In this document: one piece after another, positions 52,990 to 62,055 of the stretch
Layout of the letters: each line of letters opens with the position of its first letter
How positions within the stretch are numbered: the first letter of the stretch is position 1
DNA from: Candidatus Peribacteria bacterium
GTDB lineage: Bacteria; Patescibacteriota; Gracilibacteria; Peribacterales; Peribacteraceae
Length of the DNA stretch: 64,000 nt
Assembly: GCA_041691135.1 (NCBI GenBank)
Contig: JBEPVF010000008.1
Coordinates: 921-64,920, forward strand
Reading direction: 5' to 3'
Program-made: the position numbers and the translations under genes
The notes under the pieces: model-generated
The model's input: only the letters and a program-made list of their open reading frames with translations
What the model was told of the DNA's origin: nothing
Database searches by the model: none

Positions 52990-55647
52990 ATGCTCCCCAA
53001 AGCCTATTCCCCATCGGATACCGAAGACCGCATCTACCAGCTGTGGGAAGAGACGGGAGCGTTCCATGCCGATGCCAAGAGCAAGAAGGAGCCGTTTACT
53101 ATCAGCATGCCGCCGCCGAATGCTACAGGGCAGCTGCACTTGGGCCATGCGGTGATGTTGGCACTGGAAGATATCTTCATTCGCCATGCGCGGATGCAGG
53201 GTAAGGAGGCGCTATGGGTGCCGGGCACCGACCATGCGGCCATTGCGACGGAGAACGTGGTGATTCGCCTGCTCAAGGAACAGGGGATGAAGGATCCGCG
53301 CAAAGAGCTGGGACGCGAAAAACTGATCGAGAAGATTGCCGAATTCGTCGAGCAGAGCCGTGGCACCATTCGCGGCCAGGTGCGCAAAATGGGTTCAAGC
53401 TGTGACTGGGAGCGCGAGCGCTACACGCTGGAGCCGGCGCTCAACCGCGTGGTCAACGAGGTGTTTGCCCGGATGTATAAAGACGGCCTTATTTACCGCG
53501 GTCACCGCATCGTGAACTGGGATCCCAAGCTACAGACGACGATCTCCGACGACGAGATCGCTTGGAAAGAGGAAACGGCGCCGTTCTACACGTTCCAGTA
53601 CGGACCGTTCCAGATCGGCACGTCACGTCCGGAGACCAAATTTGGCGACAAGTACGTGGTGATGCATCCGGATGATGAGCGCTACGCCAAGTATAAAAAC
53701 GGCGATACGTTCGAAGCTGAGTGGATCAATGGACTGGTGCGCGCGACGGTGATCAAAGATACGGCCGTCGATCCTGCTTTTGGTACCGGAGTGATGACGA
53801 TCACGCCGTGGCACGACACAGCGGACTTCGAGATTGCCGAGCGACATGGACTGGAGCGTGAACAGATCATCGATTTCCAAGGCAAATTGCTACCAGTTGC
53901 CGGTGAGTTCGCCGGTATGCCGATCGAAAAGGCGCGGCCGCTCGTGGTCGAGAAGCTCAAGGAAAAGGGATTGCTCGTGAAAACTGACGAGAACTATCTT
54001 CATAATAAAGCTACCTCAAGCCGCGGCGGTGGGACGGTGGAACCACAGATTAAGTTGCAGTGGTTCATCGATGTGAAGAAAGAAGTAGTAACTTGGAAGG
54101 GTAAGATCATGAGCCTTAAGCAAATCATGCACGAAGTCGTGCATAGCGGCGATATTACGATCTTACCGGACCGTTTTGCGAAGCAATATTTTCACTGGAT
54201 CGATAACCTGCGTGACTGGTGTATCAGTCGCCAAATCTGGTGGGGGCACCGCGTCCCTGTGTGGTACAAAGCCGATGAAACGTATGTAGGTATCACACCG
54301 CCGGAAGGAGCTGGATGGCAACAGGATACTGATACGCTCGATACGTGGTTCAGCTCGGCCATGTGGACGTGGAGTACGTTGCTCGATCCTAAATTGGCAG
54401 TCGACCACTCAGTTACGTTGGAAGAGTTACTAAAACGGAGTCCTGATTTTCAGAAGTTCCATCCTACAACGGTGATGGAAACGGGATACGATATTCTTCC
54501 GTTTTGGGTTGCCCGCATGATCTTGATGACGACGTACGCGGTGGGTCAGATTCCATTCGAGACGGTGTACCTGCATGGCCTGATCCGCACGCGTGACGGT
54601 CGCAAAATGAGCAAATCGGATCCCGACAGCATGATCGATCCGCTCGATATGATTGCGAAGTACGGGACGGATGCGCTTCGCCTGTCGATGATCGTCGGAC
54701 AGAGCCCGGGTGCCGATTCACGCCTGTATGAGGAGAAGATCGGCGGTTACCGCAACTTCGTGAACAAGCTCTGGAATGCTTCGCGCTTCATATTATTGCA
54801 GTGCGAATCAGCCGAAATCGATCCGCACGATATTGAATTGTTCGATCAGGAAGGACTGACGGTGGCGGATCAGGCGTTGCTCTCTGCGTTACAGGATTTG
54901 GTGACTGACGTAACAGCCGGGCTCGCGGAATATCGCCTGAGCGAAGTGGGGGAGCGGCTCTACAGCTTCGTGTGGGATTACTTCTGCGACTGGTATCTGG
55001 AGCTCAGCAAAGGTGAGGCGAATTACGCCGTGCTGCTCCACGCACTTCGCACGTTGCTCAAACTCCTGCATCCGTACTGTCCCTTCGTGACGGAGGAAAT
55101 CTGGACGCACGTGAAGCCGGAGCACGCCAAGCTCCTCATCCAAGAAGAATGGCCATTGGCCGACGAAGCGTTCAAAAATAAGGACGCGTTCGATCAGTTG
55201 CAGGTGGTGATCGACATTATCACGGCTATCCGCAAGCTGCGCACCGATCACCAGGTGCCGCTCGACAGTCATCCGGAGGTTGTGTTGGTGGTGCAGGGAA
55301 AGCAGGATTCATTAGTTGATCAAGTCGAGCAGATCGTGCGCATGGCGCGTATCGGTGCGCTCAAGATTGGATCCAAGCCGCCGCAGGGCGAAGTGGCGAG
55401 TGCATTCTTGTCCGGTATTGAAGTCCATATGTTGCTCGAAGGCTTGGTGGATAAAGACAAGGAAAAGGCGAACCTTCTCAAAGAGCAGGAGAGCCTGGTG
55501 GCTTATGCACAAGTGCTCAGAGGGAAGCTGGAAAATAAGCAGTTCATCGAACGGGCACCACATCAGCTGGTTTCCGCAGAGCGAGAAAAATTGGCCGAAA
55601 CGGAGGAGAAGTTGAAAAAGATTGGAGAGCGATTGGGAAGCTTGTAA
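52990..55647 (+). CDS. valS: valine--tRNA ligase
   Basis: 885 aa. PPPNATGQLHLGHA (HIGH), KMSKS, C-terminal coiled coil. Confidence 0.95.
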   Translation: MLPKAYSPSDTEDRIYQLWEETGAFHADAKSKKEPFTISMPPPNATGQLHLGHAVMLALEDIFIRHARMQGKEALWVPGTDHAAIATENVVIRLLKEQGMKDPRKELGREKLIEKIAEFVEQSRGTIRGQVRKMGSSCDWERERYTLEPALNRVVNEVFARMYKDGLIYRGHRIVNWDPKLQTTISDDEIAWKEETAPFYTFQYGPFQIGTSRPETKFGDKYVVMHPDDERYAKYKNGDTFEAEWINGLVRATVIKDTAVDPAFGTGVMTITPWHDTADFEIAERHGLEREQIIDFQGKLLPVAGEFAGMPIEKARPLVVEKLKEKGLLVKTDENYLHNKATSSRGGGTVEPQIKLQWFIDVKKEVVTWKGKIMSLKQIMHEVVHSGDITILPDRFAKQYFHWIDNLRDWCISRQIWWGHRVPVWYKADETYVGITPPEGAGWQQDTDTLDTWFSSAMWTWSTLLDPKLAVDHSVTLEELLKRSPDFQKFHPTTVMETGYDILPFWVARMILMTTYAVGQIPFETVYLHGLIRTRDGRKMSKSDPDSMIDPLDMIAKYGTDALRLSMIVGQSPGADSRLYEEKIGGYRNFVNKLWNASRFILLQCESAEIDPHDIELFDQEGLTVADQALLSALQDLVTDVTAGLAEYRLSEVGERLYSFVWDYFCDWYLELSKGEANYAVLLHALRTLLKLLHPYCPFVTEEIWTHVKPEHAKLLIQEEWPLADEAFKNKDAFDQLQVVIDIITAIRKLRTDHQVPLDSHPEVVLVVQGKQDSLVDQVEQIVRMARIGALKIGSKPPQGEVASAFLSGIEVHMLLEGLVDKDKEKANLLKEQESLVAYAQVLRGKLENKQFIERAPHQLVSAEREKLAETEEKLKKIGERLGSL

Positions 55648-55709
55648 GGCAAGCGTCCGGGAGTAATACTGGCTGCATCTTCAATCCAGAACTAAAAGGA
55701 GGATTGCTG

Positions 55710-55994
55710 ATGAAGAGATGGCTCTTTGCTGTGTTCTTCTTGAGCACAGCTGTCTACGCCGGCTACAGAGCGCTCACGGCGTTCCTTGTTGCCGATTGGG
55801 CAAAAATGCTCGTTCTTGGAGGCTTCGCGGCCTGTTCTCTCCTGGCGATGGTTGTCTCTTTCATGGCTATCGGGCAAACGCATCCGCGTGCCCTGGTCGA
55901 TGAAGCTGACGAAGAAGAGCCAGATGACGAAGAAGAGGAAGCAGAAGCCCCAGAGACTGTTGCTTCCGATCAGCCGTCGGCTCCCATTGCGTGA
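55710..55994 (+). CDS. small membrane protein with acidic C-terminus
   Basis: ATG at 55710, preceded by the strong RBS aaaggagg. Two TM segments, then DEADEEEPDDEEEEAEAPE. Confidence 0.55.
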   Translation: MKRWLFAVFFLSTAVYAGYRALTAFLVADWAKMLVLGGFAACSLLAMVVSFMAIGQTHPRALVDEADEEEPDDEEEEAEAPETVASDQPSAPIA

Positions 55995-56011
55995 GCTAAC
56001 GTCCGGTCACC

Positions 56012-56036
56012 CCGGCGGACAATGTCCGCCGGTTTT
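56012..56036. terminator. terminator hairpin between convergent genes
   Basis: ccggcggac-aat-gtccgccgg followed by tttt. Confidence 0.7.
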
Positions 56037-57270
56037 ATTCATACACCGACCAATTCAAAGCCGGCTTTGTCCCACTGGATATTTGTAATGCCGATCCACG
56101 GGTGATGGCCTGGCGTCCATAGCGCTCGTGGAGTTCATCGAGCGACTTCTGCAGTGCCTCGCGTTCGATGGCTTTCTGTGGGTCTTCGAATAGGGAGAAC
56201 TGCTGGCCGCCGCAGACGCGTAGGTTCCAGAGGGCCAGTCCCACTTGGGTGTACGCATAGTTTTGTTCGTAGAGGCGTCGGAAGCAGCGCTCCACGTAGG
56301 GTCGGACGTGGTCCTCGGTATTGAACAGTTGGGGTAGAGAGGCATGGGCGCTTTCGTAGAGATACTTATTGTCGCGCAGCCACACGGTGATGCCGCGACA
56401 GGCCAGATCGTGTCGGCGCATCTTGAGGACGGTGTATTCCAGGTGACGCAGAGTGTGGGCCCAGAGGAGCATTTTGTCTTTGAGCGGTGCGAAGCTGCGG
56501 GCGCGCGAGACGGATTTAGGCGGCGCGTGGGTACGGGCAACAGGGGACAAGAGTTCACCCTGCAGCTCTCGCTGCATCTCTATTCCGCTCTTACCGAATT
56601 GCTGCTTCAGGAGGCCCGGATTCGCTGTCGCAATATCCCAGGCCGTGTGCCAGCCCAGTCGTTGGGTGTGCACTTGTCTCCGTGGTCCGATGCCGGGGAT
56701 GGCCGCCGCAGGACGGTCTTCCAGGAATGCCCTCACCCCTAGCCCCTCTCCCTCCACGCCTATGCCTTCTGGGAGAGGGGAATTTAAGACGACAGTCACA
56801 CCACCGGGCTTGCGGTACTCGCTGGCCATCTTGGCGAGCAGCTTGGAGGAGCCGATGCCGACGGACACCGAGAGGCCGGTGCGCAGCAGAACTTCTTGCC
56901 GGACGTTCGTCCCCCATGTGCTCAGGTTTGGAGGAACGCCGCCCATGATGCTGGGCAGATCGAGAAACCATTCGTCGATGGAGAACTGCTCGAAGAATGG
57001 ACAGTGCTCTTCCAGGATCGTTTCAAGTTGATTCGATGCGACGCCGGTTTCGCGGAAGTCGGAATGGACTTTCAATGCCTCCGGACACAGCTTGATGGCA
57101 TCAACCAGACGCATGCCCGTCCGTACACCTTTAGCTTTCGCTTCGTAACTGGCGGCGATCACACAGCCACCACCCATGCCGAGTGCCAGCAGCGGTTTTC
57201 CGCGCAGCCGGGGATCTTTTCGGACAAGAACCGATGCAAAAAAAGAGTCCGCATCAACATGGGCAATCAT
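56035..57270 (-). CDS. Y-family DNA polymerase (DinB/UmuC-like)
   Basis: 411 aa. MIAHVDADSFFASVLVRKDPRLRGKPL. Directly downstream of lexA. Contains an in-frame GC-rich repeat (PLPEGIGVEGEGLGVR). Confidence 0.85.
   Translation of the reverse strand: MIAHVDADSFFASVLVRKDPRLRGKPLLALGMGGGCVIAASYEAKAKGVRTGMRLVDAIKLCPEALKVHSDFRETGVASNQLETILEEHCPFFEQFSIDEWFLDLPSIMGGVPPNLSTWGTNVRQEVLLRTGLSVSVGIGSSKLLAKMASEYRKPGGVTVVLNSPLPEGIGVEGEGLGVRAFLEDRPAAAIPGIGPRRQVHTQRLGWHTAWDIATANPGLLKQQFGKSGIEMQRELQGELLSPVARTHAPPKSVSRARSFAPLKDKMLLWAHTLRHLEYTVLKMRRHDLACRGITVWLRDNKYLYESAHASLPQLFNTEDHVRPYVERCFRRLYEQNYAYTQVGLALWNLRVCGGQQFSLFEDPQKAIEREALQKSLDELHERYGRQAITRGSALQISSGTKPALNWSVYE
56731..56782. repeat. GC-rich palindromic repeat unit inside the polymerase ORF
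   Basis: cctcacccctagcccctctccctcc-acgcctatgccttct-gggagagggg. Inverted 10-mers at 56744-53 and 56771-80. Confidence 0.6.
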
Positions 57271-57314
57271 GGAGTATGTGGGGGAATGATCGATGGTGTA
57301 CGTCCGACTCCGTT

Positions 57315-57917
57315 TTAGTACTTCCGTATAACGCCGCGTACCACTCCTGCCACTTGCAATTCGTCCATGGCATACAGATCGGGATACGCGTCGTTCTCGG
57401 CTTGCAGGTAGTACTTTCCTTTCTCCTTTCTCAGTCTCTTCAGCGTGAACTCGCCATCAAGGACACCGACGACGATATCCTGGACTTTGGGGGTGGCTCC
57501 GCGTTCGACAATCACCAGATCGCCTTCGTGGATACCGGCGTTGATCATGCTGTCGCCCTTCACACGGAGGAGGAACGTGGAGGCTTTATCGCGGACAAGA
57601 TAGTTTTCGAGCGTCACTGTTTCCTCGGCTTGTTCTTCGACAGGCGCCGCAAAACCGGCGGAAATCGGACCGAAGAGAGGGAGAGAGAACGGCATATACG
57701 CCGCTTCGTCGGCACGCTCCAGGATTTTGATGCGTCCCTTGGGATCTTTATCCAGATGCCCATCACGGGTCAGTACATTCACCACTTTGGCGATGGCATT
57801 CTTACTACGTACACCGAAGGCAATCGCCAGATCGGCGAGCGAAGGGGAGTACCCTTTCTTCAGTTGGAATTCACGAATGTAGCTCAGGACCGTTCGTTGA
57901 TGAGGGGTGAGGGACAT
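57315..57917 (-). CDS. lexA: LexA repressor
   Basis: 200 aa from the ATG at 57917. MSLTPHQRTVLSYIREFQLKKGYSPSLADLA..., VKGDSMINAGIHEGDLVIVE, FTLKRL. The ORF-track N-terminal extension runs through an intergenic repeat. Confidence 0.85.
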   Translation of the reverse strand: MSLTPHQRTVLSYIREFQLKKGYSPSLADLAIAFGVRSKNAIAKVVNVLTRDGHLDKDPKGRIKILERADEAAYMPFSLPLFGPISAGFAAPVEEQAEETVTLENYLVRDKASTFLLRVKGDSMINAGIHEGDLVIVERGATPKVQDIVVGVLDGEFTLKRLRKEKGKYYLQAENDAYPDLYAMDELQVAGVVRGVIRKY

Positions 57918-57981
57918 CGGTGAGAGGGGGAACAATCGTCCACCAGTGTAGGTGGACGGGTGTACACTGTCAAACAGAAAT

Positions 57982-58104
57982 GAGGTGACCGAAGAAGCAG
58001 AGGTGACCGATGTGGCAGACGATTGGGATGCAGAAGATAGAAGAGAAACTTTCCTCGTAATCCTTTCCTCGGTTACCTTTGTCGCCTCGGTCACATCGGT
58101 CACC
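57982..58104. repeat. 9-bp-periodic palindromic intergenic repeat (full copy)
   Basis: gaggtgacc gaagaagca gaggtgacc gatgtggca gac ... cctcggtcacatcggtcacc. 13-bp inverted repeat ggtgaccgatgtg (58002-14) / cacatcggtcacc (58092-104). Confidence 0.65.
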
Positions 58105-58105
58105 T

Positions 58106-59020
58106 TCAAATGTCCTCCCCATCAATAATATGTAAATCCTTCTGTTTGTTGAGTTCCAAGAACGCCAGTGTCCACACTGTGCGACGGAAGACGTGGAGGT
58201 AGGCGAAGAAGTAGCTGGCGACGAGGATCAGGACCATACCGAGGAGGCCGGCGATGATGTACGTGACGAGTGGCGAGAGGAAGTGCAGCAGGACGACACC
58301 GACGCCGATCACAACGCCAGGAATGACGAGGACAATAATCGCATTGATGAAGACGCGGATGGAGATGATGAACAGCAGGAGCATCAGGAAGACGATATGT
58401 CCCAGATGGCTGATGAGGAGACGAAAGCTCCGTCCGATCGAGGCGAAGATGCCCATTTGGCGGATCACGATGCCCTGTTCGGTAAAGCTGGCCATGAATT
58501 TGAGCAGATTCGAGAGCAACCAAAAGGCGACGATGATGCCGACCATGAAGTACTTGATGCTCCCTTGTGTATAGCGCAACACGACGGAACACAGAGTGAG
58601 AGCCGTGGACCAGCTAGCTAGTACAAAGAATTCATGGGAGGCGAAGATAGGCAGGAAATTGTGCACGGCCAGAATAAGGCCGCCGCGTACCGGCTCACCT
58701 TTGTGCGATTTAGCGGCCAGGCCGATGATGGCGCCGGCAGCCAGATGCGGGAAGATAAGTTCGACGAGCAACAGCAGGCTGAAGCTGATCAGGATCGTCA
58801 GAAAAAACCAGAAGGGTACGTTGCTGTAGAGCCAGTCAAAATCATCGAAGAAGCCGACTTTCTTTTCGGTGATATAGGCAAAGAGGAAGTAGGCCTGGTA
58901 GCCCAGAAGTTTGATATCGAGGAACGTTTCGAAGAATGCCGCGGCGAACCCCCAGCGGCGCAGGGATTTTTCGTGGTTGGTAATCTTCCACGCTTCGGCA
59001 ATAAGCTCACGGGGAGTCAT
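58106..59020 (-). CDS. hypothetical polytopic membrane protein
   Basis: 304 aa with six or more TM segments. No motif recognised. Confidence 0.55.
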   Translation of the reverse strand: MTPRELIAEAWKITNHEKSLRRWGFAAAFFETFLDIKLLGYQAYFLFAYITEKKVGFFDDFDWLYSNVPFWFFLTILISFSLLLLVELIFPHLAAGAIIGLAAKSHKGEPVRGGLILAVHNFLPIFASHEFFVLASWSTALTLCSVVLRYTQGSIKYFMVGIIVAFWLLSNLLKFMASFTEQGIVIRQMGIFASIGRSFRLLISHLGHIVFLMLLLFIISIRVFINAIIVLVIPGVVIGVGVVLLHFLSPLVTYIIAGLLGMVLILVASYFFAYLHVFRRTVWTLAFLELNKQKDLHIIDGEDI

Positions 59021-59070
59021 GTGAAGTTATGCTAGCAGGAATGAAGAGGTAGGCGAAAAAGTTGCAGAAG

Positions 59071-59103
59071 GAGGAAACCGATGTAACCGAAGAAACCGAG
59101 GAG
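59071..59103 (+). repeat. 9-bp-periodic repeat array (half copy)
   Basis: gaggaaacc gatgtaacc gaagaaacc gaggag. Intergenic. Confidence 0.6.
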
Positions 59104-59105
59104 AT

Positions 59106-60704
59106 TTAATTGTTTTTTGGTGAAGCAGATGAAGCAGATAAGGTTGATTCTTCCCGCAAGAGGGCTGGCAGCGACTTATACTGGTAGTCTTTTCCCAGCA
59201 GAATGGTGATCATACCGAGGCCGCTCTGGTCGAGTTCGGGTGGGGCGGGAGCGATGGGGATGTGGAGCATGGTACTGAGAGCCGGGGCGAGCGTTTCGCC
59301 GGTGCCGGTGCGGGCGATGATGATCGAGTGGTCCTGGTCAGGCAGTTTGCTGTTTTCGATCTTGTTCAGGTCGAAGTCGAAGCGGAGCAGATCGCCAGCC
59401 AGGGTGCGGGCAAGGCCGCTCTGCGCACCGGCGTTGAGGACGTCAATGGGCGGATGCTGCAGTAGAAGGTCGCGTGATGTGAGGAAGAATTGAGTGAAGA
59501 TCCGGAGCGGTTCCCAAGTCCCGAAGCCGGCATGCGGAAGCGGCAGCAAGACGAAAGCACCGCTGAAGTCTTCCTTGGGTGGTATGTACAGGAAGCCGCC
59601 TGCCTCGGACGGGCCGTCGGCCTGGCCGCTGATATCGTTGATCTGAACCGATACCACGTTGTGCCGGTCGATCTCGGTACCCAGTTTGGCGACGCCCACC
59701 AGTTCTCGCAGGCCGAGTGTGCTCTCGGCATGCTGGCTCACCGTATTCCACAGCGACAGGATGGTGGAGGGACTCGACAGAATGCCCTTCTCCTTCGCAC
59801 GCTGGGCCAGTGCAGTGATGATCTGCTGCTGACGGGCTGAACGGCTGAAGTCGCTGGTGGAGTGGCGGCTGCGCGCGTATTTGAGCGCCGTTTCGCCATC
59901 CAGATGATGCGGCCCGGCGTCGATGGCAAAGGTGACGTAGCTGTAATCCGGTCCGGGGTAGAGGGTATCGACCAGAGGCGAGGGCACGTCGACATCAACC
60001 CCGCCCAGCGCATCCACGACTTGGACGAAGCCGATGAAGTCGACACGTATCACACCATGGATCTGCACGCCGAACGTCTTGCCGATCTCGCGCGCCAGTT
60101 CCTTCATCGATTCCTGCGACGCCTCCGATTCGGACATGCCTTGTTTCCTCAAATAGCCTTTGTAATCGCGGTACAGGCTGTTTACCCGGCCGACGCCCAT
60201 TTTGTCGGTTTTCGTGAAGTATAAGTCACGGGGAATTGAAATCATCGCCACGCTCTTTGTCTTGGTCGCATCGATGCTGGCGATCATCAGTGTGTCGGTC
60301 AGATCCACTCCTTCGTGCGATGCGTCGCCCTGACCCAGCAGCAAGAAGTTCGTGTAGCCATGTTCATCTGTCGGCAGGTCTGATGCAACCGTATTGATGA
60401 CACTGCTGAGCGTGATGATTTTGTAGTGAAACAGCGCCTTGGCCACGCCGGCCAGCAGGAAGAGCGCCAGCAAGACGGATACGAGAATGACCAGAATACG
60501 TTTGAGGATTGATACGCGATGCTCATGCTGCTTCTCGATAGCTTTTTCCTGCCTATGCCGGCGGAACCACGCAATGAGCGGGTAGCCGAACTGAAGCACG
60601 AACAGTGTGCATTTTTGCCACGGGAATTTCTTGCGAGCGGGCTTGCTGCCACTCACAGGGCGCGTCGTAAAAGACATTGCGTGGAGTGTAGGGGATTGAG
60701 GCAT
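59106..60704 (-). CDS. LCP-family (LytR/CpsA/Psr) protein
   Basis: 532 aa with an N-terminal TM segment. NFLLLGQGD...DTLMIASID...MISIPRDLY...N. Confidence 0.8.
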   Translation of the reverse strand: MPQSPTLHAMSFTTRPVSGSKPARKKFPWQKCTLFVLQFGYPLIAWFRRHRQEKAIEKQHEHRVSILKRILVILVSVLLALFLLAGVAKALFHYKIITLSSVINTVASDLPTDEHGYTNFLLLGQGDASHEGVDLTDTLMIASIDATKTKSVAMISIPRDLYFTKTDKMGVGRVNSLYRDYKGYLRKQGMSESEASQESMKELAREIGKTFGVQIHGVIRVDFIGFVQVVDALGGVDVDVPSPLVDTLYPGPDYSYVTFAIDAGPHHLDGETALKYARSRHSTSDFSRSARQQQIITALAQRAKEKGILSSPSTILSLWNTVSQHAESTLGLRELVGVAKLGTEIDRHNVVSVQINDISGQADGPSEAGGFLYIPPKEDFSGAFVLLPLPHAGFGTWEPLRIFTQFFLTSRDLLLQHPPIDVLNAGAQSGLARTLAGDLLRFDFDLNKIENSKLPDQDHSIIIARTGTGETLAPALSTMLHIPIAPAPPELDQSGLGMITILLGKDYQYKSLPALLREESTLSASSASPKNN

Positions 60705-60860
60705 TTGGCGAAAGAAGTCAGTCGGATTTCCGATTGATTTTGTCGGGCTTTTGGATGCTCAAAACACTGTGCAAGAAATGTGTTCTATATCCCCGAATCT
60801 TCAGCAGAATCCGATCTGAAAAATTGATGGATACAAGAGACTGTTTTGATCCTGTCGATT

Positions 60861-61571
60861 TTATCCAAGGATTATCTTCAGCAGAGCGAATATCATCGGC
60901 TGATGCACCAGATAAATGATCAGGGAATGTTTACCCGGCCACGATAGCTTCTCCAGCGCCGGACTGCTGATAGTCCAATGCCAATGCAATCGTGTATAGA
61001 TGACGTATCCAGCCACATAGCCTAGGAGCACCGTTCCAAACCACGGAAACAGCGGAAAGTAATCGAGTGAATCGAAGACAGTGGGAAAGATCGGCAGAAG
61101 CAGGTGCGGCAAATCCCAGTCATTCGACAGCCAGCCGGTTAGAAATACGAGCGCAATCACTGCATTCCATTCTTTGAATTTGGCGAACAGCGGGAGCAGC
61201 AAAATACTGACGCCGATCAGGTGGAGGACGCCGAAGCGAATGAAGGTCGCGGGATCCATCACATAGGTGACAATACTGATGACCATTCCCCAGCCGAGAA
61301 GCATCAGACCGCGTCGCAGATACTTGTTGTAGCAAGGGGTGTGACTCCATGACACGGCGAAGCTTGCACCGACTACGAAGAGGAATAGATGGGCGGTTAC
61401 GCGTTCGAAGATCCGCCAGGCGCCCACGGCGGTATCGATGTTCCAGTGGTAGAAGTACTGCAAATCGAAGGCCAGATGAAAGATCACCATCATGACGATG
61501 GCGATGGTTCGTGCGAGATCGAGCTCGAGATGTCGGATGGCTGGCACGGTCCTAGTGTATGCGTAATTCAA
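60861..61571 (-). CDS. DUF1624 (heparan-alpha-glucosaminide N-acetyltransferase-like) membrane protein
   Basis: 236 aa. RHLELDLARTIAIVMMVIFHLAFDL. TTG start only. Confidence 0.65.
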   Translation of the reverse strand: MNYAYTRTVPAIRHLELDLARTIAIVMMVIFHLAFDLQYFYHWNIDTAVGAWRIFERVTAHLFLFVVGASFAVSWSHTPCYNKYLRRGLMLLGWGMVISIVTYVMDPATFIRFGVLHLIGVSILLLPLFAKFKEWNAVIALVFLTGWLSNDWDLPHLLLPIFPTVFDSLDYFPLFPWFGTVLLGYVAGYVIYTRLHWHWTISSPALEKLSWPGKHSLIIYLVHQPMIFALLKIILG

Positions 61572-61597
61572 AAAAAATCCCCCGAAGGGGATTTTTT
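61571..61597. terminator. bidirectional terminator hairpin
   Basis: aaaaaaa-tcccc-cgaa-gggga-tttttt. Confidence 0.7.
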
Positions 61598-61620
61598 AAG
61601 AAATCGCGGTGAAGCTATCC

Positions 61621-61902
61621 TTATGCAGCGCGCTCTGCGGCGAAACAATCCTTGCAGAGAACCGGCTTGCCACCCTCCTCGACGGAGCGGGGCTTGAACG
61701 GAACCTGGCACTGATTGCCACACTTGGCGCACACGGCGTCGAACATCTGGCGGTCGCCAAAACGCTGCGACTTGCGTGCATTGCGGCAGTCCTTGCAGCG
61801 CTGTGGGGCGCTGAGGTTCTTGCTCGCGTAGAATTCCTGTTCACCTTCGGTGAACGTGAAGTTTTGACCGCAATCGCGGCACTGTAGCTGCTGATCAGCC
61901 AT
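61621..61902 (-). CDS. CxxC-x17-CxxC zinc-binding domain protein
   Basis: 93 aa from the ATG at 61902. Two copies of C.DCG..F.F...EQ.FY......P.RC..CR-like motifs. Confidence 0.65.
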   Translation of the reverse strand: MADQQLQCRDCGQNFTFTEGEQEFYASKNLSAPQRCKDCRNARKSQRFGDRQMFDAVCAKCGNQCQVPFKPRSVEEGGKPVLCKDCFAAERAA

Positions 61903-62055
61903 AAAACAGAAAGAAAGAAAATAATACAGCTGTTTTCCTTCTTCCATGTTTCTCGGTGACCGATATGACCTGTCTGAAGGACTAGCTTAGGGTAATTGTA
62001 CAGGAAGGGCCGATTGTGTCAATGAATTCTGACATTTTCCCCCTTTCGCAAATCA

